64,000 bases of DNA from Octopus vulgaris. Its lineage: Eukaryota. This document shows, piece after piece, positions 12,060 through 26,248 of the stretch (the stretch's first letter is position 1; each line of letters starts with the position of its first letter). Position numbers and translations under genes: made by a program. The notes under the pieces are model-generated. The model searched no databases, was not told where the DNA came from, and saw only the letters and a list, made by a program, of their open reading frames with translations. The stretch lies in contig OX597827.1 in assembly GCA_951406725.2 (NCBI GenBank), positions 27,838,001-27,902,000 of the forward strand, read 5' to 3'.

Positions 12060-12720
12060 TCATAAACTCCATAATGGTTTAGGGTTTCATCATGAGAACT
12101 TCAACCACTGTCCGTTCTGAGACCGTGATTGAATGTCCTATCATTCACCACAATTTGCCACCCCCAAAACAATGAAGCTTTCAGCACCATGCTCCGTAAC
12201 GTACAGTTACTGGAATAGGACCCCAGGATGAACCAAACCCTCCAAGCACATACCAACATGAAAAGTAACAAACAATCTAAATCAGTGAAAGAATACTAAC
12301 AATGGCCAAACTTCGCATAAAAATAAAATCAGCAGTAAAAGAGTATGGAAGATTCAACTGTGGCATATTTTAAAATTTGGCAGAAAGATCAGAGATCCGT
12401 TTCAAACAAGGAGAACACTTTACAATAAAAAGTAGCTTCACCTGTGAGTCTGAAAAGCTAATCTATGCAATAACATCTTCAAGAGTGTGGGGAGTATTAC
12501 AATGGACAAACAAATATCGCTTTACGTCAATGCATGAGCCTGCATAGAACACATTTCAAAATACGGGAAGAGAAGCAAAAAGAACTAAATGAAATACAGC
12601 ACTGATATCCAGAACTGATAGTGTGGAAGTTTAATGTAATTCAATTTATTTCAAGTTATCTTCCCTTTTATTCCAGAATGATGAATTTGTCTTAAAACGA
12701 CCAAAACCAGAAGCAGCTTA
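12060..12720 (+). mobile_element. Decayed Penelope-like element, GIY-YIG region
   Basis: Frameshifted translation gives GRFNCG...FKQGEHFTIKSSFTCESEKLIYAIT...CGEYYNGQT...LRQCMSLHR, the PLE LIY...YxGQT endonuclease signature. Confidence 0.75.
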
Positions 12721-13284
12721 GTTAAAAATGTATATAATGTACATATTGTCTTTCTGCTTCCAATGATAAATTTCTCCACACATTCTATTCTTTTTATTTT
12801 TTCCAATATGTGTGTGTGTATGCACTGTATAAATCCGCAAAATCTAAATAAGTTTAAACATAATAAAACCTCACTGTGGGTCAAATAAGAATCTAAACAC
12901 ACTCTTTCGATGTTATTGGTGTGCAAAATATACACGCGCGCGAACGCACACACACACACACACACGTGTGTGAGAGAGCAATTAGGGGAACTTGCAATGA
13001 TATTCCTACCTGTCAGAACATACACATATATTTTCGTTCATAGATGTTACCACTCTTTATGAGATCCGTGTTATTGATATCAAAACCCGAAAATCTTTAA
13101 GGAACACGAGAAATTTCTACATCAGTCGGGCATTGGCCAGCTCTAACTGAGGCAAAAATAGCGGCAGATTCTTAAATATCGAAACAGTCTTTGAACGTTT
13201 CTTCATATTCCTTTGAAATTTATTAAGCACCAAATATTCGAAGTGCATCCAAGGAAATACATATATTAATATTTGTTTCTATGA

Positions 13285-13860
13285 AGGCGGCGAGCTGGCA
13301 GAAACGTTAGCACGCCGGGCGAAATGCTTTCGTCCGCCGTTACATTCTGTGTTCAAATTCCGCCGAGGTCGACTTTCATACTTTCGGGGTCAAAAGTACC
13401 AGTTACCAATTCCGATCTGGGGTCGATTAAATAAGTACCAGTTACGCTCTGCGGTCGATATAATCGTCTTAATCCGTTTGTCTCTCCATGTTTGTCCCCT
13501 CTGTGTGTAGTCCCATGTGGGCAGTAACGAAATAAGAAACTTTAACACGCCGGGCGAAATGCTTACCGGTATTTCGTCTGCAGCTACGTTCTGAGTTCAA
13601 ATTCCGCCGAGGTCGACTTTGCCTTTCATCCTTTCAGGGTCGATAAATTAAGTACCAGTTACGCACTGGCGTCGATATAATCGACTTAATCCGTTTGTCT
13701 GTCCTTGTTTGTCCCTTCTGTGTTTAGCCCCTTGTGGGTAGTAAAGAAATAGGTATTGCGTCTGTCTTTATGTTCTCAGTTTAAATTCCACCGAGGTCGA
13801 CATTGGCTTTCATCCTCTCGAGATTGATAAATTAAGTAGCAGTTGTGTATTGTAGTCGAC
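13285..13860 (+). mobile_element. SINE family B, head-to-tail trimer
   Basis: AGGCGGCGAGCTGGCAGAAACGTTAGCACGCCGGGCGAAATGC head; GTTCAAATTCCGCCGAGGTCGAC occurs three times. Confidence 0.9.
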
Positions 13861-14514
13861 ACAAATACATACACACATACATGTGCATACATACATAGTT
13901 ACAATGACCACATCATTGATTTTATCTAAATTCCAATGTCATTGCTCTGTGTCTGGGTTAAAAACTGGTTCCTTATTGGTGAGAAATTTTTAAAATATAT
14001 CCCGCAAAACATGCATTCATGCATACACATACACACATACAAATACTTACCTAAAATTATATACACACACATGCACATACAGACAGACATAAATACATAC
14101 ATGCATAAACATGAACAGTTTCATGTAAGAAATCCAGCCAAATGTATGCTGTGTTTTGTTTACGTCATCTGCTTCTTATACACAGAGCGAAATTGTGTTC
14201 AGTAATTATAGAAGTAGTACTCACTGATTATTTCCAGATGCTTCGTATTTGTGCAATGGTGAGCAATAGAGCTTCCTGTAAGCTTCTGTAATCCTACATC
14301 ATAAGATCAAATATACATGCAGACGAAGGCGTCTGCATTTGGAAGCATAGACGACACGACACACACGCGCGCGCGGTCCATAGAGTGGGCAAGCGATCAT
14401 GGGTTGCGATCTATTACACAGTTGCTTGATTTGGTAAGAATAACTGCCACAACATCTACAAGAGGTCTTCTCAAATTATACCCTGCTGTCTTTAAGGATG
14501 CTTTAGATAGATTA

Positions 14515-14730
14515 TGCTTTAAAATGTTGGCACAAGGACAGTAATTTCAAGGGATAGGGTAATCCGGTTAACGTCAACCTCAGTGCACAACTGGTACTTA
14601 TTTTATCGATTCCGAAAGGACAAAATGCAAAGTCGACCTCGACAGAATTTTAGCTCAAAACAAAAAGACGGATGAAATGCCACTAAGCATTTTGTCCGAC
14701 GATTTAACGATTCTACCAGTTTGCCGCTTT
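14515..14730 (-). mobile_element. SINE family B (decayed)
   Basis: Reverse complement of the family B core (CTGGTACTTATTTTATCGA...AAAGTCGACCTCG). Confidence 0.75.
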
Positions 14731-14746
14731 ATGGAAGCTTTAAATA

Positions 14747-15121
14747 ATGTCGTGGCACTCCGTCGGTTACGACGACGAAGGTTTCAGTTGATCCGATCAA
14801 CAGAACAGCCAGCTCGTGAAATTAACATGCAAGTGGCTGAGTACTCCACAGGCACATGCACCCTTAACGTAGTTCTCGGAGAAGATTCAGCGTGACACAG
14901 AGTGTAACAAGGTTGGCCCTTTGAAATACAGGTACGACACAAACAGGAAGAGTGGGAGAAAGTTGTGGTGTAAGAGTACAGCAGGGTTCGCCACCACCCC
15001 TGCTGGAGCCTCGGGGAGCTTTAGGTGTTTCCGCTCAATAAACACGCTCAGCACCCGGTCTGGGAATCGAAACCGTGATCCTATGACCGCAAGTCCACTA
15101 CCTTAACCACTGGGTCATTGC
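14747..15121 (-). mobile_element. tRNA-derived SINE family C
   Basis: Minus-strand head CAATGACCCAGTGGTTAAGG...GGTTTCGATTCCCAGACCGGG; body shared with 31775-32070. Confidence 0.8.
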
Positions 15122-15616
15122 AATCCCCTTTAGATAATGTTGTGTTCAGTATTAATACTTGTTAGAAGAAAGAGGCATGCAACTCCAGGAAGTGGAAAAC
15201 AAAGAGCAGATAACTGTGATGGGACATGATCACCTGTGTCCTACATTCTGGTCATGACACCTAAAGCGAAAAAGTGCTAAGTACACTTAAGTCTGAATAA
15301 AAGCCAAGTTGGTTACCATTTGGTAGCATTCAAATGTTCAATCAGTGCTCAACAACAGCTGAAGAACAAATGGAGACTACGTGCGTATATCTACTCGATC
15401 GTAAGAATAACAGCTAACCCTCCTTCCTTCGTAGAACATTCTAGCGTTTTGTCAAGAGATAGTTCATTACTCCATTTTTATCGACCCCGGGATTTGAAAT
15501 CAACATGTGAAGAACCAGAAAAAATACTGCAAAGCATTGCTTTTGCGACATTAATGAATCTGCCAGCTTACTGCTGTAAGAAGCGTTACAAGAATTCATT
15601 ATTAGAGATCAGAAGA

Positions 15617-15975
15617 AGGCGGCGAGCTGGCAGAAACGTTAGCACGCCGGGCGAAATGCATAGAGGTATTTCCGTCTGCCGCTACGTTCTGAGTTCAAAT
15701 TCAGCCGAGGTCGACTTTGCCTTTCATCATGTCGGGGTCGATAAATTATGTACCAGTTAAGCACTGGAGTCGATATAATCGACTTAATCCATTTGTCTGT
15801 CTTTGTTTGTCCTCTCTGTGTTTAGCCTCTTGTGAGTTGTAAAGAAATAGGTATTTCACCTGTCTTTACGTTTTGAGTTCAAATTCCGCCGAGGAATAAT
15901 AATGATAATAATAATGATAATAATTTCTTTTATTACCCACAGGGGCATAGATGAAGGGGACATCACGAGGACAAG
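15617..15975 (+). mobile_element. SINE family B with a partial second unit and an inverted tail fragment
   Basis: Full head-to-tail copy at 15617-15855, partial repeat to 15893, reverse-complement tail at 15922-15975. Confidence 0.85.
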
Positions 15976-16664
15976 CAACAATTTAATAATAATAATAATA
16001 ATGATAATGTGTGTGTGATATAATAATATCTTGCAAATGTAACGGAAGTCCTTCTGTATCAATATCTAATAAAATATTTAAACCGTTAGACTTGGTCCCA
16101 TTGGCAGTGAGTCACAGTTTTAGTGAGCGTTTTATTTTCTTTTAATGCTTATAATCTCATTAAAAATGCAAACACCATCTGTGCGGGTGGGTGGGAGTGT
16201 ATGTGTGGCTATTACGCTGCGTATTCGCCTCGCCCTGCGTTTTATTCTACTCCCACGTCTGTTGAGTTCTAATAACAACTGGTTGTGTGCTAAGAACGGC
16301 ATGGTTTCGGGTACGGTCACACTGCGTGGCAGCTTGGGTATGAGTCTTCAACTGTAGCCCTGGGCCCACCGAAGCATTGTGAGTGGATTTGATAGACGTA
16401 ATCTGAAAGCGCGTATATGTTCCCGCGTTTGTGTGAGTGTGTGTGTACGTGTGTGTGTGCGTGTGTGTGTGTGTATGTGTGTGTGTGTGTGCGTGCGTGC
16501 ATGTGTGTGCGTGTGTATTTTATGCTTGTGTTTGCCCTCACCACCGCTTGTTGGTAAGAGGCAAAAATGTCTCAGTAACTTAGTGAGACAGACAAGACAG
16601 AACATTCTGAAATACACGTGTCCCAGAATTCCTTGCACCAATGAGCAGTGAGAGTTATGAAGAC

Positions 16665-16878
16665 ATTTCTCTACACTAGGCACAAGGCTCGAAATTTTGT
16701 GGGAGGGGCCAGTCGATTAGATCGACCCTAGTACGCAACTCGTACTTAATTTATCGACTCCGAAAGAATGAAATGCAAAGTCGACCACGGTGCAATTTGA
16801 ACTGAGAACGTAAAGACAGGCGAAAAGCCGATGTGAAATTTCACCCGGCGTGCTAACGTTTCTGCCACCTTGCCGCCA
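16665..16878 (-). mobile_element. SINE family B
   Basis: CCGGCGTGCTAACGTTTCTGCCACCTTGCCGCC is the reverse complement of the head. Confidence 0.85.
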
Positions 16879-17557
16879 AGAGTTATGAAGACACTGACGG
16901 CGCAAATGAGAGAAATCATTCTCCTGTGACATAAACAACAGCGATTTGTATATTTTGGGTCGTTCGAATCTAACGGAATGTATTAGGAATAAATATGAAA
17001 GTCATCGTTTCTTTTATTCTTAGTCTTTTACTTGCTCCAGTCACCGGACTGCATCGAAGACTATGAGGTGCACCTTCCGGTACCTGACCGATATGTTAAA
17101 TGTATATAAACAAAATGAGCCGATTGTCAAATGGTGGAGCACAAACATGATATATACACACGTGCACACATAAATAGATAAATAGTAGATAAATAGATAG
17201 AAAGGCAAATAGACAGATAACATAAATAAATAGATAGTTGGGTAGATAGCTAAATAGACAGATACATGGATATATCCGGCTTTTAAGTTAGCCCCTCGGG
17301 AGGGTTCTTCATTGGACCCTGGGCCCAACAATGACACTCCATGTATTGAGTACATATTAAATTCTATTAAACTCGATCAATATTTTTCAAGTAATGGCAC
17401 AGGAGTATCTGTGTGGTAAGTAGCTTGCTTACCAACCACATGATTCCGGGTTCATTCCCACTGCGTGGCACCTTGGGCAAATATCTTCTATTATAGCTTC
17501 GGACCGAACAAAGCCTTGTGAGTGGATTTGGTAGACGGAAACTGAAAGAAGCCAGTC

Positions 17558-17629
<72 letters not shown>

Positions 17630-17633
<4 letters not shown>

Positions 17634-18470
17634 AAGTTAATCCAAACAAGAAAACAAAAAGACAACAACGCGAGGATGTGGAACAAATAAAGTATTATTG
17701 GACGCTCAGGAAAGAAGGGAAGAAGGTATGACGTTTCGAGCGGAGCTCTTCGTCGGAAACTTAGGAGAAAGAAAGATCCCGAGGCGGGAGAACAGAGGGA
17801 AAAAAAATTGCAGGTAGTCTTCACGAGGTCACATACTGAAAAGATGGAAGTGGTGAAAAAGGAGGAACATGTTTTTAAAAACAGGAGAGCTGAATCAAAG
17901 AAGGAATGGTAAAAAAGGTGTGCGAGATGACAAGGGTGTATGTGTGAGTGTGTGCGTGTGTGTGTATGTGTGTGTATGGTGGACAATGGCTAGTAGCAGG
18001 CAGTAGTAGAATTAAAGGAGTGGTGTGGGGGTACCCTAGCAAGTCAGGAAGGCAGGTCAGAAACAGGGAGGTATATGTGTGTGCGTGTATATGTATCGTG
18101 TGTGTGTTTTGTTGTAGTATGTGTGTGTGTACGTGTGCGTTTTTTTGTGTGTATGGCGAGTAACTGTGCTTAACTAAGTGTATGTGTGCGTGTGTGCTTG
18201 TACGTGCGTATATGTATAATTGTGTGAGTGTATGTATGTGTGTGCGTGTATGTATGTATGGTTGTGTGCCGTATGGGATGTATGTGTGGGTTCATTTGTG
18301 TGTGTGTGCGTGTGTGTACAAAATGTAGGGGTTTATATGTGTGTTTATATGTTTATATGTGTGTATATATATGCATGCAAGGACACATTTCGCAACTGAG
18401 AGACTGATGAAGAAGACTCTCGCGGTGAAGGGCGCATGCGAATCCCCAGGCACAACGCACACGCCCAGAC
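17630..18470 (-). mobile_element. Penelope-like 3' terminal fragment with HHR; second copy at 51530-51730
   Basis: 17630-17830 matches 51530-51730 closely; both end in (TA)n and carry the same HHR. Confidence 0.7.
17726..17760 (-). ncRNA. Minimal type I hammerhead ribozyme (CCGACGA core)
   Basis: Minus strand: GTTT-CCGACGA-AGAGCTCCGCTC-GAAA-CG-TC-ATAC. Confidence 0.7.
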
Positions 18471-18471
18471 G

Positions 18472-18533
<62 letters not shown>

Positions 18534-19327
18534 TTTGTCCTTCCAGCATCGTTTGAGAACCGATGCTAGTGTGTTTAAGTCCCCGTAACTTACCAGTTCG
18601 GCAAAAGAGGTCGATAGAATAACTACTAGGCTTCCAAAGAATAAGTCCTGGGGTCGATTTGCTCGACTAAAAGCGGTGCTCCATCATGGCCGCAGTCAAA
18701 TTACTGAAACAATTAAAAGAATAAAAGAGTAAGCGAGTAATGAATAATCTTCATCAATACAATGATATAATTTGTCGACGTGGAACTTATTGCAAAGCTG
18801 CATGATAAACAACATTATTTTGTCTTCCCATTCGGGGGTCAGTACAACTTTTTAATTTTCTGTCAAACCTTTATTTTTCTCTCTTTCTCTCTCTCTCTCT
18901 TTCTGTTGATTGTTTTCAACCATCAACAGTACCACTGCCATCGCCACCACAACTGCCATAAACACACCATTCAGACTTCTGACGCAAGCACCACTTATGC
19001 CTTTGACTCCGACACCTTCCCGTCCACCACCATCACCACTGTCTTTCACATCAATTACTATCACTGTCAGCACTGACTGCTTCAGCTAACACCACCGCCA
19101 CCTCCGCCTCTATCAAGACTACAGCTCATACTATTACTATCACCCCATTACCATCACAACTGTCAATCTACTACTGCCATCACCGTCTCTATGTTTACTA
19201 TTACTTTCATCCTACCATGAGGAATAGTATAAGTGTCATTCAATAGTTGTGAGGTTGCAAAACGAACCTCACCACACAGCCATGCCTACACCTATATACG
19301 TATATATACATACATCTATACATATAT

Positions 19328-19755
19328 GGCGAAGGCGTGGCTGTGTGGTAAGAAGCATGCTTCCCAACCACATGGTACTAGGTTGAGTCCCACTGCGTGG
19401 CACCTTACGCAAGTGTCTTCTACTAGAGCCTTGAGCCGACCAAATCCCTGTGAGTGGATTTGCTAGACGGAAACTGAAACAAGCTCTTCGTATATATGTG
19501 TGTGTATACGTGTGTGTATTTGTGTCTATTTGTGTGTGTATGTGTCTGTGTTTGTCTCCCCACCATCACTTGTCAACCAATGTTGGTGTGTTTACGTCTC
19601 CGTAACTTAGCGGTTGATAGAATAAGTACTAAGCTTACAAAGAATAATTCCTGGGGTTAATTGGTTCGACTAAAGGCAGAGTTCCATCATGGCTGCAGTG
19701 AAATGACTGAAACAAGGAAAAGAATAAAAGAATAAAAGAATAAGAGAATAAAAGA
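19328..19755 (+). mobile_element. SINE family A, full length
   Basis: Head through to tail GACTGAAACAAGGAAAAGAATAAAAGAATAAAAG. Confidence 0.9.
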
Positions 19756-19817
19756 ATATATGTATATAAACAATAATAAATCTCCGAGTGAGGTATAAAC
19801 AGTAGCTGCACGACGTA

Positions 19818-20280
19818 GTGAAGTATATTTGCCACTTAAATGTGGCTAACCTATAAGGGCTGATGCTACTGTAGCTTGTAGCCCCAGGAAGACATCTCCT
19901 CCAGCCGGCTATCGACACACTATCTGTGCCTAATCAGTATTTGCAAAGGTAAGTCATCGTTCCCATCTCCTGCTTGATTCCACATTTTCGAGATCAGTGC
20001 TTTTCGTCACTGGAAAAAGTATATATATTTGCATTGAGAAACATTTCCCATCACTAACCGGTGGTTGTCACACGCTGATGACGGGTGAATACCCAGAAAC
20101 TCGGGTCCGTGTGTATCACGTCAGGCTGGAGATGGGAAAGATGGCTTCCCTTCGGAAATACTGATAGGGCACAGAAAGTGTGTCAATAGCCAGGTGGGGG
20201 ATGTGTCTTCCTGGGGCTACAAGCTACATTAGCATCAACCCTTAATAAGTTAACCGCGTTTAGGTGACAAATATACTTCA

Positions 20281-20281
<1 letters not shown>
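19818..20281. mobile_element. Penelope-type inverted terminal repeat structure with HHR
   Basis: 19818-19979 is an imperfect reverse complement of ~20116-20281. The right arm is homologous to 45355-45560; both copies abut (TA)n. Confidence 0.8.
20069..20113 (+). ncRNA. Minimal type I hammerhead ribozyme, canonical core
   Basis: CACACG-CTGATGA-CGGGT-GAAT-ACCCA-GAAA-C-TCGG-G-TC-CGTGTG; GUC cleavage after 20107. Confidence 0.85.
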
Positions 20282-20343
<62 letters not shown>

Positions 20344-20734
20344 GTTATATGACGATACAATAATGCAATAGGAGATGGAATATTCTTTTGGCATTCTTGC
20401 ATTCCTGCTGTCTATTTTTCTCAAGCAAATTATTGTATCCGATTAGATATCACCAACCCTTTCATTTATCTTAATTATACATTGATGTCACGTGAATTTT
20501 CGACCGAGTCACTGCCGTTTCTACTACTGCTACTACTACTATTACTACTACTACTACTACTACTACTACTACAGCAGCAGCAGCCTGATCATCATCATGG
20601 CTTCTTGTTTCGAACACCATCTCTCATTTGTAATTATATACGTCTATGCATATATTTATACATACACATACGCACAGACATAAATACATAGGTATATGCA
20701 TGTGTATATACATACATGTATAAATACATATAGT

Positions 20735-20766
<32 letters not shown>

Positions 20767-21057
20767 CAAATATACACACACACATATATATATACATATA
20801 TATACATATATACATATATACATATATATATATATATGTGTGTGTATGTGTGTGTATATGTATACACACGCACACACACACACATATATATATATATATT
20901 TATTTGCTCGCACTCACAGACGCCTGCAAAGCATACATATATAAACTAATTAATTTTTCCAGGCTTGACTATCTTGTGTGCGTGTATAATATATAACATG
21001 TACACAATGCAGCGCGCAAGTGCCCGCGCACATACACAATTGCATGCCCACACACAT

Positions 21058-21116
<59 letters not shown>

Positions 21117-21244
21117 TATATATATTTATCTATCGACACAGAATGTATGCAATACATACATACATGCATACACACATACACATATGCATACATACAAGCA
21201 CACACGCACACATATGTATACATACATGCATGCGTATACATACA

Positions 21245-21305
<61 letters not shown>

Positions 21306-21659
21306 ACGCACACAGAGGCACATATATTTCTACTCTTCTGTGCAACGCGTACACAACGTCACACAACCTCACAGAACCTCATACCACCACACGCAGCCAT
21401 ATCCAGCCCCACACAGAACCACATTTTATTGTGTGTAAAAGTTAATTGCCACATTTGGACAATTTGTGCGCGGCCACACTAATACGATCAATGATGATTA
21501 CACGTCGTCATTTCGATACATTGCAGGATTGGTTTCCAATTAACGAAACACTTGTCTATGTATTTCGATTAGAGAATCTGTCAGCTTTCTTCTAAATCTG
21601 TAATTAGAGACATTGTCGATCATTATCCTTGGCTTAATCTTCCGTTATGCCACAGGGTC

Positions 21660-22061
21660 ATGCCTTTCTATGGTTGTTCGTGCAGCTAAAAATAACTGCC
21701 AAATTTCCTTCAGCCTCCTACTAATGTCTTAAAGTAGCGAAGGTCATACTTGATAATATAGACGTGGGATTGTTGAAGAGGCTTTTGATGAATACGGACT
21801 AATCTATATTCGTTTTAATAAACGGTTTAATCTTTACTCAAGTAAAAGAGAAATACAAGCGGTCGGTTGGCACGCTAAAAATCACTGCCAAATTTCCCTC
21901 AAGTCACATTCTGTTGTTTTAAATGAAAGGAAGGTCACACTGTAGACCTGGAATAACGGAAACGTTTTTGAGGAATACTTGCTAAACACTGTTGGTTTTA
22001 AGTAACAACTTAATCCTTATTCGAGCTAAAGAGAGAGTGGGATGAGAGAGAAAGAGGACAT

Positions 22062-22106
<45 letters not shown>

Positions 22107-23045
22107 TAGCCTATAAGCGATCAGCTGACCTACTAAAATGGTTATCCATTCTGACATCTTAAAGAAACGAAGCTCATACTGGATAATATAGACCTAGAAT
22201 ACTTGTTGCATGGTTGATCTTATTCAAGTTAAAAAGAGGGTCTAATACACTATCGATTGGTCTATTAGAAATAGCAGTCATATGCCCCTCAAGCCAGATC
22301 CTAATGCACTAAAGACACGAAGGACTATATTGCATATTGTAGATCCAATTATACTGAAAAGCCATTCATCAAGGCCGATTGACGGATTCTAGTTTTAATT
22401 AATGGCTTAATCTTAATTAGAGCTAAAGTGATAATTTATTCATGAATGCTCAGTCTGTTTGTTAGAAATTGTAACAAGGTCACATCCTACCGACTTCAAG
22501 ATGACATCAGTAAGGAAAATATCGGATAACGTAATCTACATGTATGTAAAAACGTGAAGGGCACGGTTGGATTGGTTTTGATCATAGGTCGGTACTTCAT
22601 GGAGTCGGACTCAAAACTGAGCAACAACATCGCAAGAGCTTCAAAGCGACTGCTCTATATGCTAGAACAAGCAACCTAATCTCCTTTAAATTATACGTCT
22701 TAAGTAATTGCATTCAGAAAAGATTAAGCGATATATTTACGTAGGATAGTGTTGTCTCGAATTCACCATATCTTAAACAGATAAGATGATTACTTCTTAA
22801 ATGCATTTGAACAAAGGTACGCTCAAGACAGTATAGTGAAAAATGTAGTCTTTAACACACTGCAACTTAAGTAGATGAAATGATCGCAGCTTGAGTGCAT
22901 TTGATCAAAGGCCCGCTCAAAACAAGATATAAGATATAAGTAGTAATGAGTACATCATATCTTAAACAGATGAGATGATCGCAGCTTAAGTGCATTTGAT
23001 CAAAAGTTAGCTCAAAGCAGAGATGACTAGGGTCAAACAACAACT
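21660..23045 (+). repeat. Old, degenerate tandem array of a ~130-260 bp dispersed-repeat unit
   Basis: Recurring CT(A)AAAAT.ACTGCCAAAT.TCC.TCA...GAAGG.CA.A.TGGATAAT.TAGA about six times; related single copies at ~14400-14510 and ~42800-42990. Confidence 0.6.
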
Positions 23046-24064
23046 ACTACCACTACCACCACTAGAACGACTATCGCCATCGTACAAGAACAACAACAGC
23101 AGCAACAGCAACATTACCTTCATGTCAGGTGGCTCCACGATACTTTACATGATGAACCACACCCATTAAAAACTCTTTTGATTTTTTAACATTCAATGGT
23201 TTAGAACTGTGAACTTAATATACGAATACGAACCTTGCAACGCGTGATCGATTCTACGGCTAAATGTTTTCTATGTCAGTGGAGAACATTTGGGATGTCT
23301 TCTTCTTCTTCTTCTTCTTCTTCTTCTTGCTGATGATTCATGCTGTCCATAAGTTCACACGCGCAAACATATATCCATCCACATATACATATGAGTGCAT
23401 GCAATTGTGAGTATCTCTCTGTCTCTCCCTCTCTCCTCTTTCTCTTTCTCCCCTCTCTCTTCCTTCTCTCGCACTCTCTTTCTCTTCTCTCTCTTTTCCT
23501 TCTCTTTCACTCTCTTCTTCATCTTTCACTCTCTTTCTCTCTCTCTCTATATATATATATAAAACATACATATATATATATATACACACACACACACAAA
23601 CACTTGCACGCGCACGCACACACACACACACACACACACATGATGGCAGTTGGTTTAAAAATGCGTACAGTCATTATTAATGATCTGCGATGCGATGGCT
23701 ATTATGCTTGCCGATAAGCTGCAGAGTTCATGAGTTCGTGTGTTCTTTTCATATCTTCAAGATCACCAATAGATTAACAACATTGATCATTGGCAGACAG
23801 ATGTTCCAATGTCAGTTGACATCAGTTCTTGTACTTTTGAATAACCGACAGGCCCAACCTTAGAAATAGAAACGCGGTTACAAACTGGGGAAGTGAAGAG
23901 AATGAAGATGTTTATGAGGTTTTCTTTTTGTTGTATCTCGTTACACGCTTGCATGTTTAGCCCTCGGCCCTTCTAAAATCCTTTAGATGAATGTTTTCTA
24001 AACGTCCGTGCTTGTTTTCAGCATTTTTAGTTAGCCCGAGTTACATATGTTCTGAGTAATATTG

Positions 24065-24485
24065 ATATCAAATTTCGGCACAAGGCCAGCAATTTCGGGA
24101 CAGGACCCTAGTCGATTACATCGACTCCACTACTCAACTGGTACTCATTTTATCGACCCCGCAACGATGAAAGGCAAACTGGACATCGACGGAATTTGGA
24201 CTCAGAACATAAAGACGGATTCGCTACACATTTTGTTCGGTGCGCTAACGCTTCTGCTTGCTAGTTGTCTCAGGCTCTGAGTAATACTGGTTTCACATTT
24301 TAGCACAAGGCCAGCATTTCGGGAAAGGGGGCTCGTCGATTACATCATCGATTATTTCATCGACCCTGCAAGGATGAAAGGCAAAGCGGACTTCGGTGGA
24401 ATTTGAACTCAGAATGTAAAGACGGATAAAATGCAGCTAAGCATTTTGTCTGGCGTGCTAACGATTCAGTCAGATCGCTACCTTA
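24065..24485 (-). mobile_element. Two tandem SINE family B copies
   Basis: GGCACAAGGCCAGCA...CGATTACATCGA...GATGAAAGGCAAA...GGAATTTG.ACTCAGAA occurs twice. Confidence 0.85.
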
Positions 24486-24687
24486 TTTTCTTACATTTAA
24501 TTATGTTAATTAAATACGATTTTTAAAAAAATTGAATGGTGGCTCAATGGAGTAAAACAGGAATTAAAGGGAGTCCATAGATAAAAAAAAAAAGGGAGCT
24601 GAGAAACACTGGCTTAGATCAAAGATTTGCACGAGCAGGATTGACCTAAGACTTAAGAACGGCTGCTGCTGCTACTACTACCACCAA

Positions 24688-24749
<62 letters not shown>

Positions 24750-26177
24750 CACCACTGCTGCTGCTGCTGCCACTACAGCCGAACAACTACTACTCTTTAA
24801 GTTGTCCAGGGGGCACAAGTAGCATTTAAGATTTGAGGATTTGTAAAGAACGAACAACGAATATGAAGTGGAGTACGCCTCTGTGTGTATGTGTGTGTGT
24901 GTATGTGTGGTGTGTATGTGTGTGCGTGTTTATATGTGTGTGTTTGTGTATGTGAATGTGTATGAGTGTGTGCATATGTACGAGCGTGTATTTGTGTGTA
25001 TGTGTATGTGTGTATATGTGGTGTGTATGTGCGTGTGTGTATGCATATGTGAATGTGTATGAGTGTGTGTATATGTATGAGCGTGTATGTGTGTGCGTGC
25101 GTAGCAGGGGCTAGCAGAATGGCTGAGAAACATGGAGGACGTTTATTTATTTATTTATTCATTATCTCCCCTCCCTCCGCTTCTATATTATCATCAAATA
25201 ATGATAAACGCGACACAATTACTGGAATCTTGACCTTTGACCTTCACCTTCCGTCTTCTTATCCATCCTCCTCCCATCTTTTACCTCCCTCCACAACATA
25301 CGCCCCTCCCTCTCCGCCACCGCACCTCGAGCCATCCTCCTCCTACTCCCCCTTCTCCCCTAGCTGTCGATTAATGTCTTAAACATAATGTTTCTGAAGC
25401 AGTCGAGTCCTCAGCGAAGTTTGTACTCGAGACAACGAACCATCTGCTCTGGTCGCCATAACAATTAGCTGCTGCTTCGGGTAAAAGGGACGTTCGGACA
25501 TGCAAAAAAGAAAAAAAAGCTCATCTTCACCGTAACCCTTATGCTATCCACTAACCAACCAATCACCGTCCTCCCCCGCCATCCTCAGTACCACCCCATC
25601 ACCCCCCAGCTACGCCACTGTCATCTTCAATGTTTCCGCTATCTCCACCATCACCACCACCACTAAGTTCTACCAGTAGTTTAATTACTGTCGCCATCAC
25701 CAGCTCCATATTATCTATTATGAATACCATCCTTCTCCTCCTACTCTCCCTCCCTCTATTCCTCCCCCTCCTCCTCTTCATGTTCCTCTTTCTTCTCCTC
25801 CTTACCCTTTGCCGCCGCCAACATCACTAACATCATTGCTTCTACTATCAGCTTTGCCATCATAAACCTCCACCACAACTACCACCACCATCACCACTAC
25901 CACCACCACCACCACCACCACCACCACCATCACCACCACCAACAACAACAACAACAACGACAATAATAACAATAGCACCACCACTACCAACACCACAGTC
26001 AACACAACCAGCACCACCACCACCAACGCCATCGACCTCACCTTTACAATTACCTCACCGTCAGCACCATCGTTTCCACCGCCATCATGGCCATAATGCG
26101 GTGTTATCATCAGCAACACTAATTATCGTCACTACTTACAACAGCAATATTAACAGACTTACTACTACTACTACTAT

Positions 26178-26248
<71 letters not shown>

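Larger units (their letters stand above)
17396..18730 (+). mobile_element. SINE family A interrupted in its (TA)n by a Penelope-type insertion
   Basis: 5' half at 17396-17560; 3' half at 18530-18730 with a complete tail ...GAAACAATTAAAAGA. Confidence 0.85.

Noticed and set aside
18404-18460. CTGATGA as a hammerhead core (also 7109)
   Set aside because: No GAAA and NUH with pairing stems downstream.
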